Shown here: positions 64,000 to 64,000 of the stretch, piece by piece | How positions within the stretch are numbered: position 1 is the first letter of the stretch | Layout: each line of letters opens with the position of its first letter | From: an uncultured Actinomycetes bacterium | GTDB taxonomy: Bacteria > Actinomycetota > UBA4738 > JBBDTT01 | Reading direction: 5' to 3' | DNA: 64,000 nt | Assembly (NCBI GenBank): GCA_963742735.1 | Contig: CAVUMN010000003.1 | Coordinates: forward strand, 480,001-544,000 | Notes under the pieces: generated by a model | Told to the model about the DNA's origin: nothing | What the model saw: the letters and a program-made list of their open reading frames with translations, nothing else | The model's database searches: none | Translations under genes and position numbers: made by a program

Positions 64000-64000
64000 G

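Overview
High-GC (about 70% by eye) actinobacterial chromosome segment. Its backbone follows the conserved actinobacterial block echA/MGLP-type genes - mnmA - ligA - gatCAB - serA - ilvE - FAH - gltX - tRNA-Glu/Gln - HU - cofC - plsC - gpsA. The ilvBNC, leuB and leuCD genes usually found in that block are absent here. Accessory genes are interspersed: tandem subtilisins, tandem orphan PAS histidine kinases, tandem SDRs, an AraC-VOC-MFS-DUF1801 cassette, a sugar ABC set and two class III cyclases. Several genes (gatA, gatB, a GNAT, a hydrolase, a TIR protein) carry indels that look like sequencing errors. The most unusual locus is 58134-58720. An isolated 3' half of a tRNA-Gln on the minus strand sits head-to-head with an intact, diverged tRNA-Gln(CTG) on the plus strand. 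An antisense Zn-finger HNH endonuclease gene overlaps the intact tRNA and is preceded by a PafBC/RecA-NDp-type DNA-damage promoter. This is a candidate tRNA-replacing homing cassette. All product calls come from motif recognition by eye; no database searches were run.
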